The notes: generated by a model not told the origin, from the sequence alone. A stretch of DNA of 64,000 nt from Phycisphaerae bacterium (GCA_022072085.1 JAJVII010000046.1:6597-70596), one strand, 5' to 3'. Shown: positions 53,401-62,467, counted from the first letter of the stretch. Numbers and translations: made by a program.

Positions 53401-56400
53401 GACCCGCGTACCGGGCGACATCACCGCCCGGTACACCTACTGCAACCTCGACCGGCTGCTCAAGACCGAGACCTACGCCGACGCCGACGAGGACTGGACC
53501 ATCGACGGCGGGGGCAACTACGAACTGCGGGCCGTCCAGGAAACCAGCTACGATCAGCAGGGGCGAACCTGCCGTCAGTCGACCTACGACGTCACTTCCG
53601 ATGCCCCCACCGTCAAGCTGACCACCAACTACTGGTACGGCGCCCGGGGCAACCAAGTCAAGACCAAGGACCCCGCCGGCCTGTTCAGCAAGATCGTCTA
53701 CGACGGGGCCGGACGGGCCGTCGCCGACTACGTCTGCTACGACCCCGACGAGGCGGACACCGATTACGCCCAGGCCCTAACCGTCGACGCCGTCGGCGGC
53801 AGCGGGGCCGACACCGTCGTCAACGTCACTGCCAGCGTCTACGACTCCGATGGCCGGGTCACCCAGGTCAAACGGGGCACCTCCCTGGCGAACGCCGTCA
53901 CCGTCCGCAAGGACTGGTACGACACCGCCTGCGACGGCAGCGGGACCCAGCGGCCCTACCTGACCGGCACCAGCGTCCTTAAGGCCACCGACAGCACCTC
54001 CGCCTTCGCCCTGACCACCTACGAGTACGACCGCGCCGGGCGGCAGTCGGCCGCCGTCCTGCCCGACCCCGACGGCGCCGGCGACCTGGTCCAGACCAAA
54101 TCCGAGCAGACCTTCGACGCCCTCGGCCGGGTCCTGACCGCCACCACCAGCAAGAAGGACGGGGCCAACTGGGACCTGCTGACCCGGAGCGAAACCCTCT
54201 ACGGCGACTCGATCTACCCCACCACCAGCCGGACCTACAAGGCCGACACCAGCGTCTACCTCCAGACCGCCTACGACTACGACGGCTACGGCCAACTCCG
54301 CAGGACCACCGGCCCGAACGGGGCGTTCACCAAGGCCGTCTACAACGACTACGGCCGGCTGACCGGCTCCTACGTCGGCACCGACGAGGGCGACACTGAC
54401 GACCCGCTGAGCGTCACCGACGACACCGTCGTCCAGCAGACCGTCCCCTCCTACGACCCGGCCACCGGGCGGGTCTGGATGACCGCCTCCTACCAGCGCA
54501 ACGACGGGGCCGCCGGCACGGGCGCCCTGACCCCCTCCAACGCCCGCGTCTCCTACGCCGTCACCTGGTTCGACGACGTCGGCCGGGTCAAGTGGGCCGC
54601 CGACTACGGCACCAACGGCGGGACGGCCATCACCAGCCGGTCCTATGACTTCGACGGCGCCGGGGCGGGCAGCGACTATGCCACCGCCGCCATGGCCGCC
54701 GGGACCAGCGACTACATCCTGACCGCCCTCCAGTACGACGGCTACGGCCGCAACGACCGGGTCACCGACAACAAGGGGCACAAGACCCGGACCTTCTACG
54801 ACACCAAGGGCCGGCGGACCCACGTCGCCGAGAACTGGGACGACTTTGCCGCCACCGACGGCGGCAGCGAGTCCGGCTCCGGCGATGCCACCGACACCTC
54901 CAAGGACCGCGTTACCAAGTACGTCTACAACGACGCCGGACAGGTCACCCAGTTGATCGCCTTCGATCCCAACGGCGACGGCAACTCGGCCGACAACCAG
55001 GTCACCCGCTACGTCTACGCCGCCGAATTGACCGACAAGGGCTGCCCCGTCCCCGACAACGCTCGCCTCCGCGGGGTCATCTACCCCGACAGCGCCGATA
55101 CGGTCACCAGTAACGCCATGACCGGCGCCGACCACGTCGAGGTCACCTACTACGCCGACGGCTCGGCCGCCACACGCACCGACCAGCGCGGCGTCGAGCA
55201 CACCTACGCCTACGACGACCTGGCCCGGCCGCTCACCGACGCCCTGACCGCCGTGCCGGCCAATGACGTCCACTTCGACGGAGCGATCCGCCGGATCGGA
55301 AGGACTTACGACCAGCTCGGCCGGCTGGCCAGCGTCTCCAGCTACGACGCCGCCACCGGCGGCAACGTCAAAAACCAGGTCGCCTTCGCCTATGACGACT
55401 GGGGCCCGGTGATGACCTCCTGGCAGGCCCACGCCGGCTCAGCAGTCATCAGCGGCGGCAGCCAGTCCCCTCACGTCGACTACGCCTACGCCGACGGGGC
55501 CTCTGGCGACATGGCTAGTTACCTCAGATTGAGTAGCGTGACCTACCCCGGACCGTCTACCCAGCGGGCGGTATACTACAACTACCCGGCCAGCGGGTCG
55601 ATCGGGGGTCGGCTGAACCGGCTGGACAACATCGCCACCAGCGCCAGCCCGAGCAGTTCGGACAAGTATGCCAGTTACACGTATTTGGGGGCCAGCGCCA
55701 TCGTCCAGGTCGCACATCCCGCGGTGACCAACGGGCTGACGCTCACCTACGGCTCAGGCGGCAGCTACACCGGGCTCGACCGCTTCGGGCGGGTCATCGA
55801 CCAGACCTGGCGGGACACCCAGGGCACGCCGGTCACCAAGGACCGCTTCCGCTACGGCTACGACGCTGCGAGCAACCGGGTCTGGAAAGAGAACAAGCTG
55901 GCCTCGGACAGCTCCAAGGCCCTCGACGAGTTCTACCTCTACGACGGCCTGGACCGGCTGGCTGACAGCAAGCGCGGCCATCTGGCCGGCACCTATCCTT
56001 CCTACACCGGCATCGCCAACACCCCAGCCGACCAGCAGACCTGGACCCTCGATCAGTTGGGCAACTGGGGGGGCTTGGTGGTCAAGGCCACCGGGGCGAC
56101 GACGTTGGATCAGTCCCGCACCAACAACCCCGTCAACGAGATCACCGACATCGCCGGCAACAACGGCACGCCGACCTGGGTCACCCCTGCCTACGACGCC
56201 GCGGGCAACATGACATACGGCCCGAAGCCCGGCGACGAGGCCACCGCCACCTCGGCCCTGCTGTGCGTCTGGGACGGCTGGAACCGCCTGGTCAAGGTCT
56301 ACAAAGATGACGGCACGGGCGACGGCAACGCCGGCGCGCTGGTCACGGACCCCGACGAGGGCCAGACGGCTGACAGCCTGGTGGCCGAATACCAGTACGA

Positions 56401-57919
56401 CGGCCGCGGCTACCGCATCGCCAAGATCGTGCCCAACGGCGAAGACTGGGACCGCACCGACTACTACTACAACGAGTCCTGGCAGTGCCTGGAGGAACGC
56501 TTCGCCGCGGCCACCGCCGACAAGACCGCCGTGGCCACCGCCCCCAAGGTCCAGTGGTTGTGGGACATCCGCTACATAGACGCCCCCGTCTGCCGCTGGC
56601 GCGACGAGGACGACGACGGAGACTTCACAGACAGTGGCGAGGAGTTGTACTATTGCAACCACGCCAACATGAACGTCTCTGCCCTCGTCAACGCCTCAGG
56701 CTCGGTGGTCGAACGATACGTCTACGGCCCCTACGGCCGAACCACCATTTACGATGGGACTTGGACCAATACCCGCTCAACCTCCAACTACCACAACGAA
56801 ATCCTTTACTGCGGCTACCGTTTTGATCCCGAAACAGGGCTCAACTACGTTCGGGCACGATACTATGCTGTTAGTCTAGGCTCGTGGATCAATCGAGACC
56901 CACTCGGTTACATCAGCGGATCCGACCTCTACCAATATGTACGTTCTCGTCCAACGACTGCGATTGATCCTCTCGGCCTAAATGATGATTCTCTTGAGGC
57001 AAGAGTTAAAGCTGCTACCAGGGAACTCGCGAGAGATATCCGCAATCAGCTGTTCGACTACATCAACGCTGCCGCAAAGACCGATCGGCAATTCGGGCTT
57101 GAGACTCAGCCGAATCGTCTGAAAGCCCTGCAGGATGTCTACAAAACTCTGTTTGCCGGAGGGGCCTTGGCCACCGAATCGCTCCCGCCTGACATATGGA
57201 CCGAGGCGATGCATATCTATGCAGATGCCCGTTCTAACGCTCCTGCGTCTATGCCGTACGTGGACAACACCGTCCTTCTTGCTGAATTGCAGCCAAGTTT
57301 CAAGTATATATCCCAATCCATCGCCCGCATGATGAAGGATCGCTGCTATGACAAGGAGGGAAGGCTTCGAGTAATAGGCGGCGATATTGCCAAGACTAAG
57401 AGCGGCGAGTGTTGCACCAAGTCGGATTGCAGCGTCTGGGTATGGCGGAGGCCGGGCTATCTCGGTTTGACCAACAAGGATGCCAAGTGCCGTCTGTCCG
57501 GGCATTCCATTATTGAGGTGCAAGGACGGAAGGGGGCGTACGCTGCCATTGACGCCGCGCCTGCGGGAATCGGATGGGTCGGGTTATTGGGGAACGTGAA
57601 GGGTCAAGTCAGGTTCCGGACCGCGCCCCTATGGCAGGATAAGCCCCAAGGCGGCCCAGGCACCGACTACGTTGAGCAGCACGGCTTCGTCAAGATCCCA
57701 TGCCAGGTTGCGGACGCTGCCGGGGAGGCGTGGAATAGAGTGCTGAAGAAGTGTGAACCCGGCCCCTTGATGAGTTCGTTCTTTCGTGATTGCCGCTGGT
57801 ACGCTCGTGATATGTTCGTCCATTTGACCAAGGTTTCGCTTGAGCTTGAGGTCAGTCCCTGCAATGCAGACCAAATCAAGCAAGCTCCATCGACCGTCCC
57901 AGAAGGCGGCTTCCTATGA
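50420..57919 (+). CDS. Rhs/YD-repeat toxin with signal peptide and polymorphic C-terminal domain
   Basis: GGGAG 8 nt upstream of ATG 50420 (GTG 50411 also possible). Dozens of YD repeats (YxYDxxGR). Rhs core end motif RPTTAIDPLGL at 56966-56980, followed by about 313 aa of unrelated low-GC sequence. Confidence 0.9.
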   Translation: MFSKQSYRSYIGFSLTVVLVLALSLPAMACPQAGSPVKPDNTPNTKTRCECPCEGDAGSGTGCGGSRSGPNAEPADRAAGDVTMRQTDVALPASSPSWLQVRGYSSSLAGGTYIQGTKWRADVLTAFLAPGDSGSVELYRSHVSKRVFTFSGGSYMPPDDFHANLTHDTGNKVFLLKMTDSGEQFMFRDFDASWPANSRGIIQSQTDRNGQESIQYLYDTAAPGGRITSVTTAQGWTVDYGYVPSGTNVGQIDTIEVHNGAGQVIQRVRYTYYKDGGGYSTDCGSNGDLIMVQTFRRGTGDDLNQSSDAHFSVQRTTMYRYYRDGSADGAAGQLKMQINPAAVAKAMADGDKTAGELLATADSGIVTGSTTLGDYAAATYRYYTSNLDTTDVDTAEGGVGGDNEDLQDAYGGTNVDETGYLRSETIRSVTAGALGTRTYFYMDKYDPATSGPNAVTRILVEDTADDGTRRITAVNKDRIPLRQITVDDPDGATPKYWCSSSVLGETKDTSTNDVNQVVESRPPSAHTCIDSLAKVRTFLAAKTATDWTNTDILNASAGRISLYAYNAQGYQIEERIKQGRTGDAYYLHVTEYGDGSANQPTYLPVTDYAYPVETTSKTDASRLTTSYAYTFWDTAGNSNQQLKTRTTTYPIVTTDRNGPGTAVTGAEYYDDSGHLRWTQDGDGHVNYYAHNAHTGGTGYMMVDVKTDSLPAHITNGSDPDWVAWSGTPPFSYTAGDALQLVSKYTYDDQGRQVSVQDPEGLVTATAYGDNQTRVYPAWDATNHTCALPIEISKTDDDGRTTDAYSVDPTGVTIGTSGSLPTGSDGGETQDDYTAWTRYAYNAVSGMLEITDRYHTIPSSGFGSLGANFQRTFYRYDSLGRTIRTIGVVSGTDAAGLTGCVEQVTRTDYDSLGRVKAVYRGVSSASHVMKTTTIYDTDPTMYKVAENFYDETSPGSGTEAVGDGNLTASRTYFDSGANDYLTELNQYDWRDRLEQTRVPGDITARYTYCNLDRLLKTETYADADEDWTIDGGGNYELRAVQETSYDQQGRTCRQSTYDVTSDAPTVKLTTNYWYGARGNQVKTKDPAGLFSKIVYDGAGRAVADYVCYDPDEADTDYAQALTVDAVGGSGADTVVNVTASVYDSDGRVTQVKRGTSLANAVTVRKDWYDTACDGSGTQRPYLTGTSVLKATDSTSAFALTTYEYDRAGRQSAAVLPDPDGAGDLVQTKSEQTFDALGRVLTATTSKKDGANWDLLTRSETLYGDSIYPTTSRTYKADTSVYLQTAYDYDGYGQLRRTTGPNGAFTKAVYNDYGRLTGSYVGTDEGDTDDPLSVTDDTVVQQTVPSYDPATGRVWMTASYQRNDGAAGTGALTPSNARVSYAVTWFDDVGRVKWAADYGTNGGTAITSRSYDFDGAGAGSDYATAAMAAGTSDYILTALQYDGYGRNDRVTDNKGHKTRTFYDTKGRRTHVAENWDDFAATDGGSESGSGDATDTSKDRVTKYVYNDAGQVTQLIAFDPNGDGNSADNQVTRYVYAAELTDKGCPVPDNARLRGVIYPDSADTVTSNAMTGADHVEVTYYADGSAATRTDQRGVEHTYAYDDLARPLTDALTAVPANDVHFDGAIRRIGRTYDQLGRLASVSSYDAATGGNVKNQVAFAYDDWGPVMTSWQAHAGSAVISGGSQSPHVDYAYADGASGDMASYLRLSSVTYPGPSTQRAVYYNYPASGSIGGRLNRLDNIATSASPSSSDKYASYTYLGASAIVQVAHPAVTNGLTLTYGSGGSYTGLDRFGRVIDQTWRDTQGTPVTKDRFRYGYDAASNRVWKENKLASDSSKALDEFYLYDGLDRLADSKRGHLAGTYPSYTGIANTPADQQTWTLDQLGNWGGLVVKATGATTLDQSRTNNPVNEITDIAGNNGTPTWVTPAYDAAGNMTYGPKPGDEATATSALLCVWDGWNRLVKVYKDDGTGDGNAGALVTDPDEGQTADSLVAEYQYDGRGYRIAKIVPNGEDWDRTDYYYNESWQCLEERFAAATADKTAVATAPKVQWLWDIRYIDAPVCRWRDEDDDGDFTDSGEELYYCNHANMNVSALVNASGSVVERYVYGPYGRTTIYDGTWTNTRSTSNYHNEILYCGYRFDPETGLNYVRARYYAVSLGSWINRDPLGYISGSDLYQYVRSRPTTAIDPLGLNDDSLEARVKAATRELARDIRNQLFDYINAAAKTDRQFGLETQPNRLKALQDVYKTLFAGGALATESLPPDIWTEAMHIYADARSNAPASMPYVDNTVLLAELQPSFKYISQSIARMMKDRCYDKEGRLRVIGGDIAKTKSGECCTKSDCSVWVWRRPGYLGLTNKDAKCRLSGHSIIEVQGRKGAYAAIDAAPAGIGWVGLLGNVKGQVRFRTAPLWQDKPQGGPGTDYVEQHGFVKIPCQVADAAGEAWNRVLKKCEPGPLMSSFFRDCRWYARDMFVHLTKVSLELEVSPCNADQIKQAPSTVPEGGFL

Positions 57920-57998
57920 GTTTGAGGTACTGCCGCAGTCAAAGGACGTTGCCGCGTTGTGAGAAGGCTGGATTCTGCCTTGGGTCAGTGGTAACACT

Positions 57999-58530
57999 TC
58001 ACCCGCCTGCAATGACTGGGGCGGGTAAGGGCGGGAGTTGGCCGGTGGTCAGGTAGGTTCGCAGGGCGGCGACCATGGTGTCGGTGGGGTCGTGGCCGCG
58101 GAGTCGGAGCGTGCGGTAAATGCTCATCAGCACCGCCTGCGTCGCGGCGCCCTTCTCGGAGCGGTTGGACTGGCTGTTCTTGCGGATCAGGACGGCTGGG
58201 CGAATCATCCGCTCAGCCAGGTTGTTCTCGAAGGGAACCGCCGGGTGATCCAGGAACGTGAACAGGCTGTCGCAGTATTTCAGCAGCCGCTTGGCCAACC
58301 GGCTGGCGTCGCCGTCGCCATACTCGCCCTGGGCCAACGCCATCAGCCGACGGGTTCGGCCAGCCCGGCGGCAGGACGGCCGCCAGCTTGCCCAGCCGCA
58401 GCAGCTTGGCATAACGCCGCACCGCGTCCCGGTTTATGCCCAGCTCGCTGGCGATCCGACGCTGCGGCCAGTTGGCCAGCAGCAACGACACAATGGCTTG
58501 AACGGCCACCATCTTGAGTCGATTGGCCAT
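57999..58530 (-). pseudogene. transposase debris: HTH N-terminal fragment joined out of frame to an IS66-family transposase C-terminal fragment
   Basis: 57999-58412 encodes FLDHPAVPFENNLAERMIRPAVLIRKNS..GAATQAVLMSIYRTLRLRGHDP (IS66 C-terminus). 58530 downward encodes MANRLKMVAVQAIVSLLLANWPQRRIASELGINRDAVRRYAK in another frame. No DDE core is present. Confidence 0.6.
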
Positions 58531-58707
58531 GCCACCCGACCCTCCGGCCCCGCGACATTGCGGTCCGAAGAGCCTACATGACCCAACCGCCGACTCCTCA
58601 TGGGGCCGGTTCTGGGCTTTACAGGTGGTAGGTCTGGGTGGTAGGGTTTGGGCGCCCCCTGACAACAACCCGGCCTCGAGCATGATCCGCCCGCCGGCAA
58701 AATGGGC

Positions 58708-58851
58708 CAGGGCAATCGCATCTAAAATTTTTTTCCGCGTTTCCAAGTTGGAAACGCCGTTCGGCTTCCACCCGATCCGCTGTCCGCGCTCCGCAGATCC
58801 GCGTTTCTGAGGAGCCAGGCAAGGGTGGCTATTTTAGATGCGATTGCCCTG
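58708..58851. mobile_element. MITE-like element, 144 bp, 21-bp perfect terminal inverted repeats, 10-bp target-site duplication
   Basis: TIR-L CAGGGCAATCGCATCTAAAAT (58708-58728), TIR-R ATTTTAGATGCGATTGCCCTG (58831-58851). Flanking direct repeats CAAAATGGGC at 58698-58707 and 58852-58861. Confidence 0.65.
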
Positions 58852-59018
58852 CAAAATGGGCGACGATGGCTTTACAGCCGTGGAGGGAGAAGGTAAGTTG
58901 CTAGCGACAGTCTGTCATGGAACGGCCTCCCTTCCCGGTATATGCGGGCGTTTCAGGCACCCGCATTATGCAGGACTTCGGAGGACGCTCTTATGAAAAA
59001 ACAGCGTAAAACTCGTGA

Positions 59019-59591
59019 ATGAGCAGGGCTAGGATGCTGCGGCACAACTACCTGACAATGGCGCTATCGTTGGTTTCCCTAGTGCCTCCTGTTTTGGCGG
59101 CGATCATTATCATGGAATTGGGTGTAGCTCGATCGTTTCCGATCAGCCTGCTCCTGTGTGCTGGCGCGGGTCTCTCTTTTGGGGTGATCGTCATGCGGCC
59201 CCTTACGCTGATGCGAGGCTCGCACCGCTTTTGGGGAGCAATTCCAGTTGTCGCCAGCATTTGTGGGTACGTCGTTGCCTTCAGGTTAGTCGTCATGGGT
59301 CAACATCTGATGCTGCCCGTGTTGGAAGTTGCCGCAGCACCGTGTGCTATAGTGACAGGCGGACTCGTTCTGATGTGCGATGCAGCGTGGCCAATACGGA
59401 TTGTGGTCAAAGTGATGGGCCGTGCCCTGATCTCCTTGATGATTTCGCTCATGTGTGGCATGGCTGCAACAGGCCTCATTGGGGCGGATGATCATCTCGG
59501 CTGGATCCCAGTATGTGTATTCCTCTTGGTTTCCTACGCACTTTTTGGATTCCTGCTCGGTGGCTGTAGTCGTACGCATGACGGAGTGTAG
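59019..59591 (+). CDS. hypothetical polytopic membrane protein (candidate displaced Rhs immunity protein)
   Basis: 190 aa, about 5-6 hydrophobic helices, GC clearly below backbone and similar to the Rhs C-terminal domain. Confidence 0.55.
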   Translation: MSRARMLRHNYLTMALSLVSLVPPVLAAIIIMELGVARSFPISLLLCAGAGLSFGVIVMRPLTLMRGSHRFWGAIPVVASICGYVVAFRLVVMGQHLMLPVLEVAAAPCAIVTGGLVLMCDAAWPIRIVVKVMGRALISLMISLMCGMAATGLIGADDHLGWIPVCVFLLVSYALFGFLLGGCSRTHDGV

Positions 59592-59749
59592 TGGATGAGG
59601 TAGGCAGCTGCCTGCACGACTCGGTCGAACAACACTTGGCCAACGACCGCCCGGCCGGTTTTGTGCAGGCAAGTCCGCCAGGGGGTAAGGGACCTATTCT
59701 TCTGAGGCGGCTCGGCCATCCGCCGAGTTAAGCCTCTTGCGTGTTTTCG

Positions 59750-60214
59750 TCACCGTTGCTTTTCCCTGAAGCGGAGCCGTTTGCGCTGCTCTGGCCACGC
59801 CATGGGCGGGTTGGACAGGTTCCGGAGGGCCAGACCCTCGGGCTCCTGGCCAGCCAGGATCATGTCGATGATGTCCGGGGCCAAGGTCGCCAGCCGCAGG
59901 ATGCGGCCGATGTAGGAGGCGTCAACGCCGTTCATCGCCGCCAGTTCCTTGATCGAGCCGACCTGGCCGGTCTCCATCATGGTTTGCCACTTGAACGCCT
60001 TGGCCAGGGCGACGACCAGTGGGCGGCGAGGCGTGGGCTTGGGCGTCTCGGTCGCGCCCGTGCCCTCCGGCAATATGATCTCTTTCCGGCCGCCGCGCTT
60101 TCGCAGGGCCATCGGCAACTGGATAACAATGGCGTCGCCATCAACCCAGACCTTGCGGCCGGGGTACTTGCGGTTCAACTCGGCCCCCAGGTTCACGTCC
60201 GCTTTGCGAATCAT
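59750..60214 (-). CDS. hypothetical protein with ParB/HTH-like LRLATLAPDII motif, recombinase-associated
   Basis: ATG 60214 overlaps recombinase stop (ATGA); motif SIKELAAMNGVDASYIGRILRLATLAPDIIDMILAG. Confidence 0.6.
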   Translation of the reverse strand: MIRKADVNLGAELNRKYPGRKVWVDGDAIVIQLPMALRKRGGRKEIILPEGTGATETPKPTPRRPLVVALAKAFKWQTMMETGQVGSIKELAAMNGVDASYIGRILRLATLAPDIIDMILAGQEPEGLALRNLSNPPMAWPEQRKRLRFREKQR

Positions 60215-61824
60215 GCCGTCACCAGCCTTTCCACAACGTCTGCCGCGTCCTCGTCCATGACACCGCCATCCGCGACACCGGCCATCTCGCCGACCAGTTC
60301 GCCCACGCCGGCCGGACGCAGGCGCACCGTCAAGCAGTCCGGCTCCATCACCACCTGCTCGACCAGCAGCCGGAAAATCCGCCCTTGCTCGGCTGGATAC
60401 AGGTCGGCCCACAGCGGGTCAATGTCCCGCAGGGCCTCGGCCACCTGCCGCTCGCCGGGCAACGCCGCCTGTTCCTGGGCAAGTTGGGCGTTCAGTTCGG
60501 CCAGACGGGACTCGGCGGCGGCGCACTCGTCGTTGACCTTCCGCAGTTCGTCCGACACCGCGGCCGCGGGGCCGTCGGCTGTGACCTTCGCCAGGTTGCG
60601 GACCATCTTCTTCAACTCGACCAGGCGGCGATCCAGGGCGTCCTTCTCACGACGTAGGCCCTCCTGCTGCTGGCCGGCCTGCTCGACGAACGACCGGTAG
60701 GTCGCGGCGATGACCTCGGGCGAACGAAAGATGCCGCGGAGTTGGTCGACCACCGCCGCCTCGATCTGGTCGGCCGCCACGGACCCAATCGGGCAACTGT
60801 CGTAGCCCGACTTCCCGGCGTGATTGCACAGGTAATAGCGGTAGCGTCGGCCGCGGCGTTTTGTGAACGTCGCGCCCATCGCCTTGCCGCAACGGCCACA
60901 CCGCAGGATGCCCTTCAGCAGCGCTGGCGTGGTTCGGCGAGTCTCGCTGGCCCGATTGCGGGCATTCTTCGCCAGCAGGGCCTGCACCTTATCCCAGGTC
61001 GCCTGGTCGATGATCGCCTCGTGCTGGCCGGCGTAGTGCTGGCCTTTGTAGTCGATCACCCCGATGTACTTCGGGTTGGTCAGGATGCGATGGACGTTGA
61101 CCTCGTGCCACTCGCCGCCGCCGTTGGACTTGCCCTTGGATGTGGTCCAGACCTTTGTGCGGTAGCCCTGGCCATTGATCTCGCGGCCGACCTTCTTGCA
61201 CGAGCCGAGTTTGAGGAACCGCTGGAAGATGAGTCTCGCCAGTTTGGCCTCCTCGGCGTTGACCACGAGCTTCTTCGCGGTATGGTCGATGTCGTAGCCA
61301 AGGAAGGGGTGGCCGCCGATCCACTGGCCCCGCCGCTTGGCAGCGCTGATCTTGTCGCGGATGCGTTCGGCGATGACCTCCCGCTCGAACTGGGCGAACG
61401 ACAACAGTACGTTCAACGTCAGCCGGCCCATGCTGGTGGACGTGTCGAACCGCTGGGTGACCGAGACGAACGAGACGTTGTGCTGGTCGAACAGGCCGAT
61501 CAGCTTGGCGAAGTCCATCAGCGACCGGGACAATCTGTCCACCTTGTAGACGAGCACCACATCGACGCGGCCGGCCTGGATGTCCTTGAGCAACTGCTGC
61601 ACGGCCGGCCGGTCCATGTTGCCGCCGGTGAACCCGCCATCGTCGTACCGGGTGGGCAGGACCTGCCAGCCCTCGTGGCGCTGGGCGGCAACGTACGCCT
61701 CGCAGGCTTCGCGCTGGGCATCCAGCGAATTGAACTCCTGGTCCAAGCCTTCCTCGTGCGATTTTCTGCAATAGACCGCGCACCGCACGGGGCGCGGCCC
61801 GGTCGATGTTGCTGTCTGGATCAC
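60211..61824 (-). CDS. large serine recombinase
   Basis: Resolvase catalytic domain (CAVYCRKSHEE with Ser nucleophile, VYKVDRLSRS), recombinase domain, zinc ribbon (CGRCGKAM..YYLC) and C-terminal coiled coil. Confidence 0.9.
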   Translation of the reverse strand: MIQTATSTGPRPVRCAVYCRKSHEEGLDQEFNSLDAQREACEAYVAAQRHEGWQVLPTRYDDGGFTGGNMDRPAVQQLLKDIQAGRVDVVLVYKVDRLSRSLMDFAKLIGLFDQHNVSFVSVTQRFDTSTSMGRLTLNVLLSFAQFEREVIAERIRDKISAAKRRGQWIGGHPFLGYDIDHTAKKLVVNAEEAKLARLIFQRFLKLGSCKKVGREINGQGYRTKVWTTSKGKSNGGGEWHEVNVHRILTNPKYIGVIDYKGQHYAGQHEAIIDQATWDKVQALLAKNARNRASETRRTTPALLKGILRCGRCGKAMGATFTKRRGRRYRYYLCNHAGKSGYDSCPIGSVAADQIEAAVVDQLRGIFRSPEVIAATYRSFVEQAGQQQEGLRREKDALDRRLVELKKMVRNLAKVTADGPAAAVSDELRKVNDECAAAESRLAELNAQLAQEQAALPGERQVAEALRDIDPLWADLYPAEQGRIFRLLVEQVVMEPDCLTVRLRPAGVGELVGEMAGVADGGVMDEDAADVVERLVTA

Positions 61825-62288
61825 TTGGCCACCTCCTTGTTGCCGCCCGTCAAGCCGAAGAACCGCGGGCCGCTGTGGTGGGCGCCGGTGATCACCTTGG
61901 CGATCATGGTCAGGGACCGATACCGCCGGCCGGCGTACTCGAACGTGCCGTCGGTGCCGACCGTGACCTCATGCCGCCGCCCGCCCCACAGGCGGACCAG
62001 CCGGGTGCCGGGCACCAGCCCTGGCTTGGCCTGCCGCCTGCCCCGTCCCGCGCGCCGGGCGGCGCCGGCCGGCGCTATCTCCGCGGCGACCTGCGCCAGC
62101 GTCCGCTGGGCCTGCTCGCTCAACCCGCCGCTGTTCAGTTCCTGGACCCGCCAGGCCAGCCGCCGGGCCATCTGCTCGGCGCTATACGCTGGGGCGTCGG
62201 TGCCGAACAAGGCACGCCACTTGTCCCGCAGCCGGACCAGCGGCATCCGCTGGATGGCTGCAACTTGTTGTAGGACAGTCAGTTCCAT
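61821..62288 (-). CDS. DUF2924-like protein
   Basis: Stop overlaps recombinase start; LRDKWRALFGTDAPAYSAEQMARRLAWRVQE and C-terminal GRRYRSLTMIAKVITGAHHSGPRFFGL pattern. Confidence 0.7.
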   Translation of the reverse strand: MELTVLQQVAAIQRMPLVRLRDKWRALFGTDAPAYSAEQMARRLAWRVQELNSGGLSEQAQRTLAQVAAEIAPAGAARRAGRGRRQAKPGLVPGTRLVRLWGGRRHEVTVGTDGTFEYAGRRYRSLTMIAKVITGAHHSGPRFFGLTGGNKEVAK

Positions 62289-62467
62289 ACATGAGCCTCC
62301 TTTCTTGACTCAGAGACAGTCAGCCTCGAATCCGCCGGAAGCTCAAGGGGATTCTGCGTCGAAAAGCGTCTCTGTTCCGACAGCGAACACTGCCTCATCC
62401 GCAGCCGGCGGACCAGGCCGCCGGCCAGGATTTCGCTGACCTCGGCGAGGCGTTCGGCGGCCGACAT
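62279..62467 (-). CDS. small hypothetical protein (62 aa)
   Basis: ATG 62467; overlaps the DUF2924 gene start by 10 nt; support is positional only. Confidence 0.3.
   Translation of the reverse strand: MSAAERLAEVSEILAGGLVRRLRMRQCSLSEQRRFSTQNPLELPADSRLTVSESRKEAHVWN

Noticed and set aside
58993-59022. Nine-codon upstream ORF (MKKQRKTRE) whose TGA overlaps the ATG of the membrane-protein gene (ATGA).
   Set aside because: It is too short to support from sequence alone, and no conservation information is available. It is noted only as a possible coupling leader.
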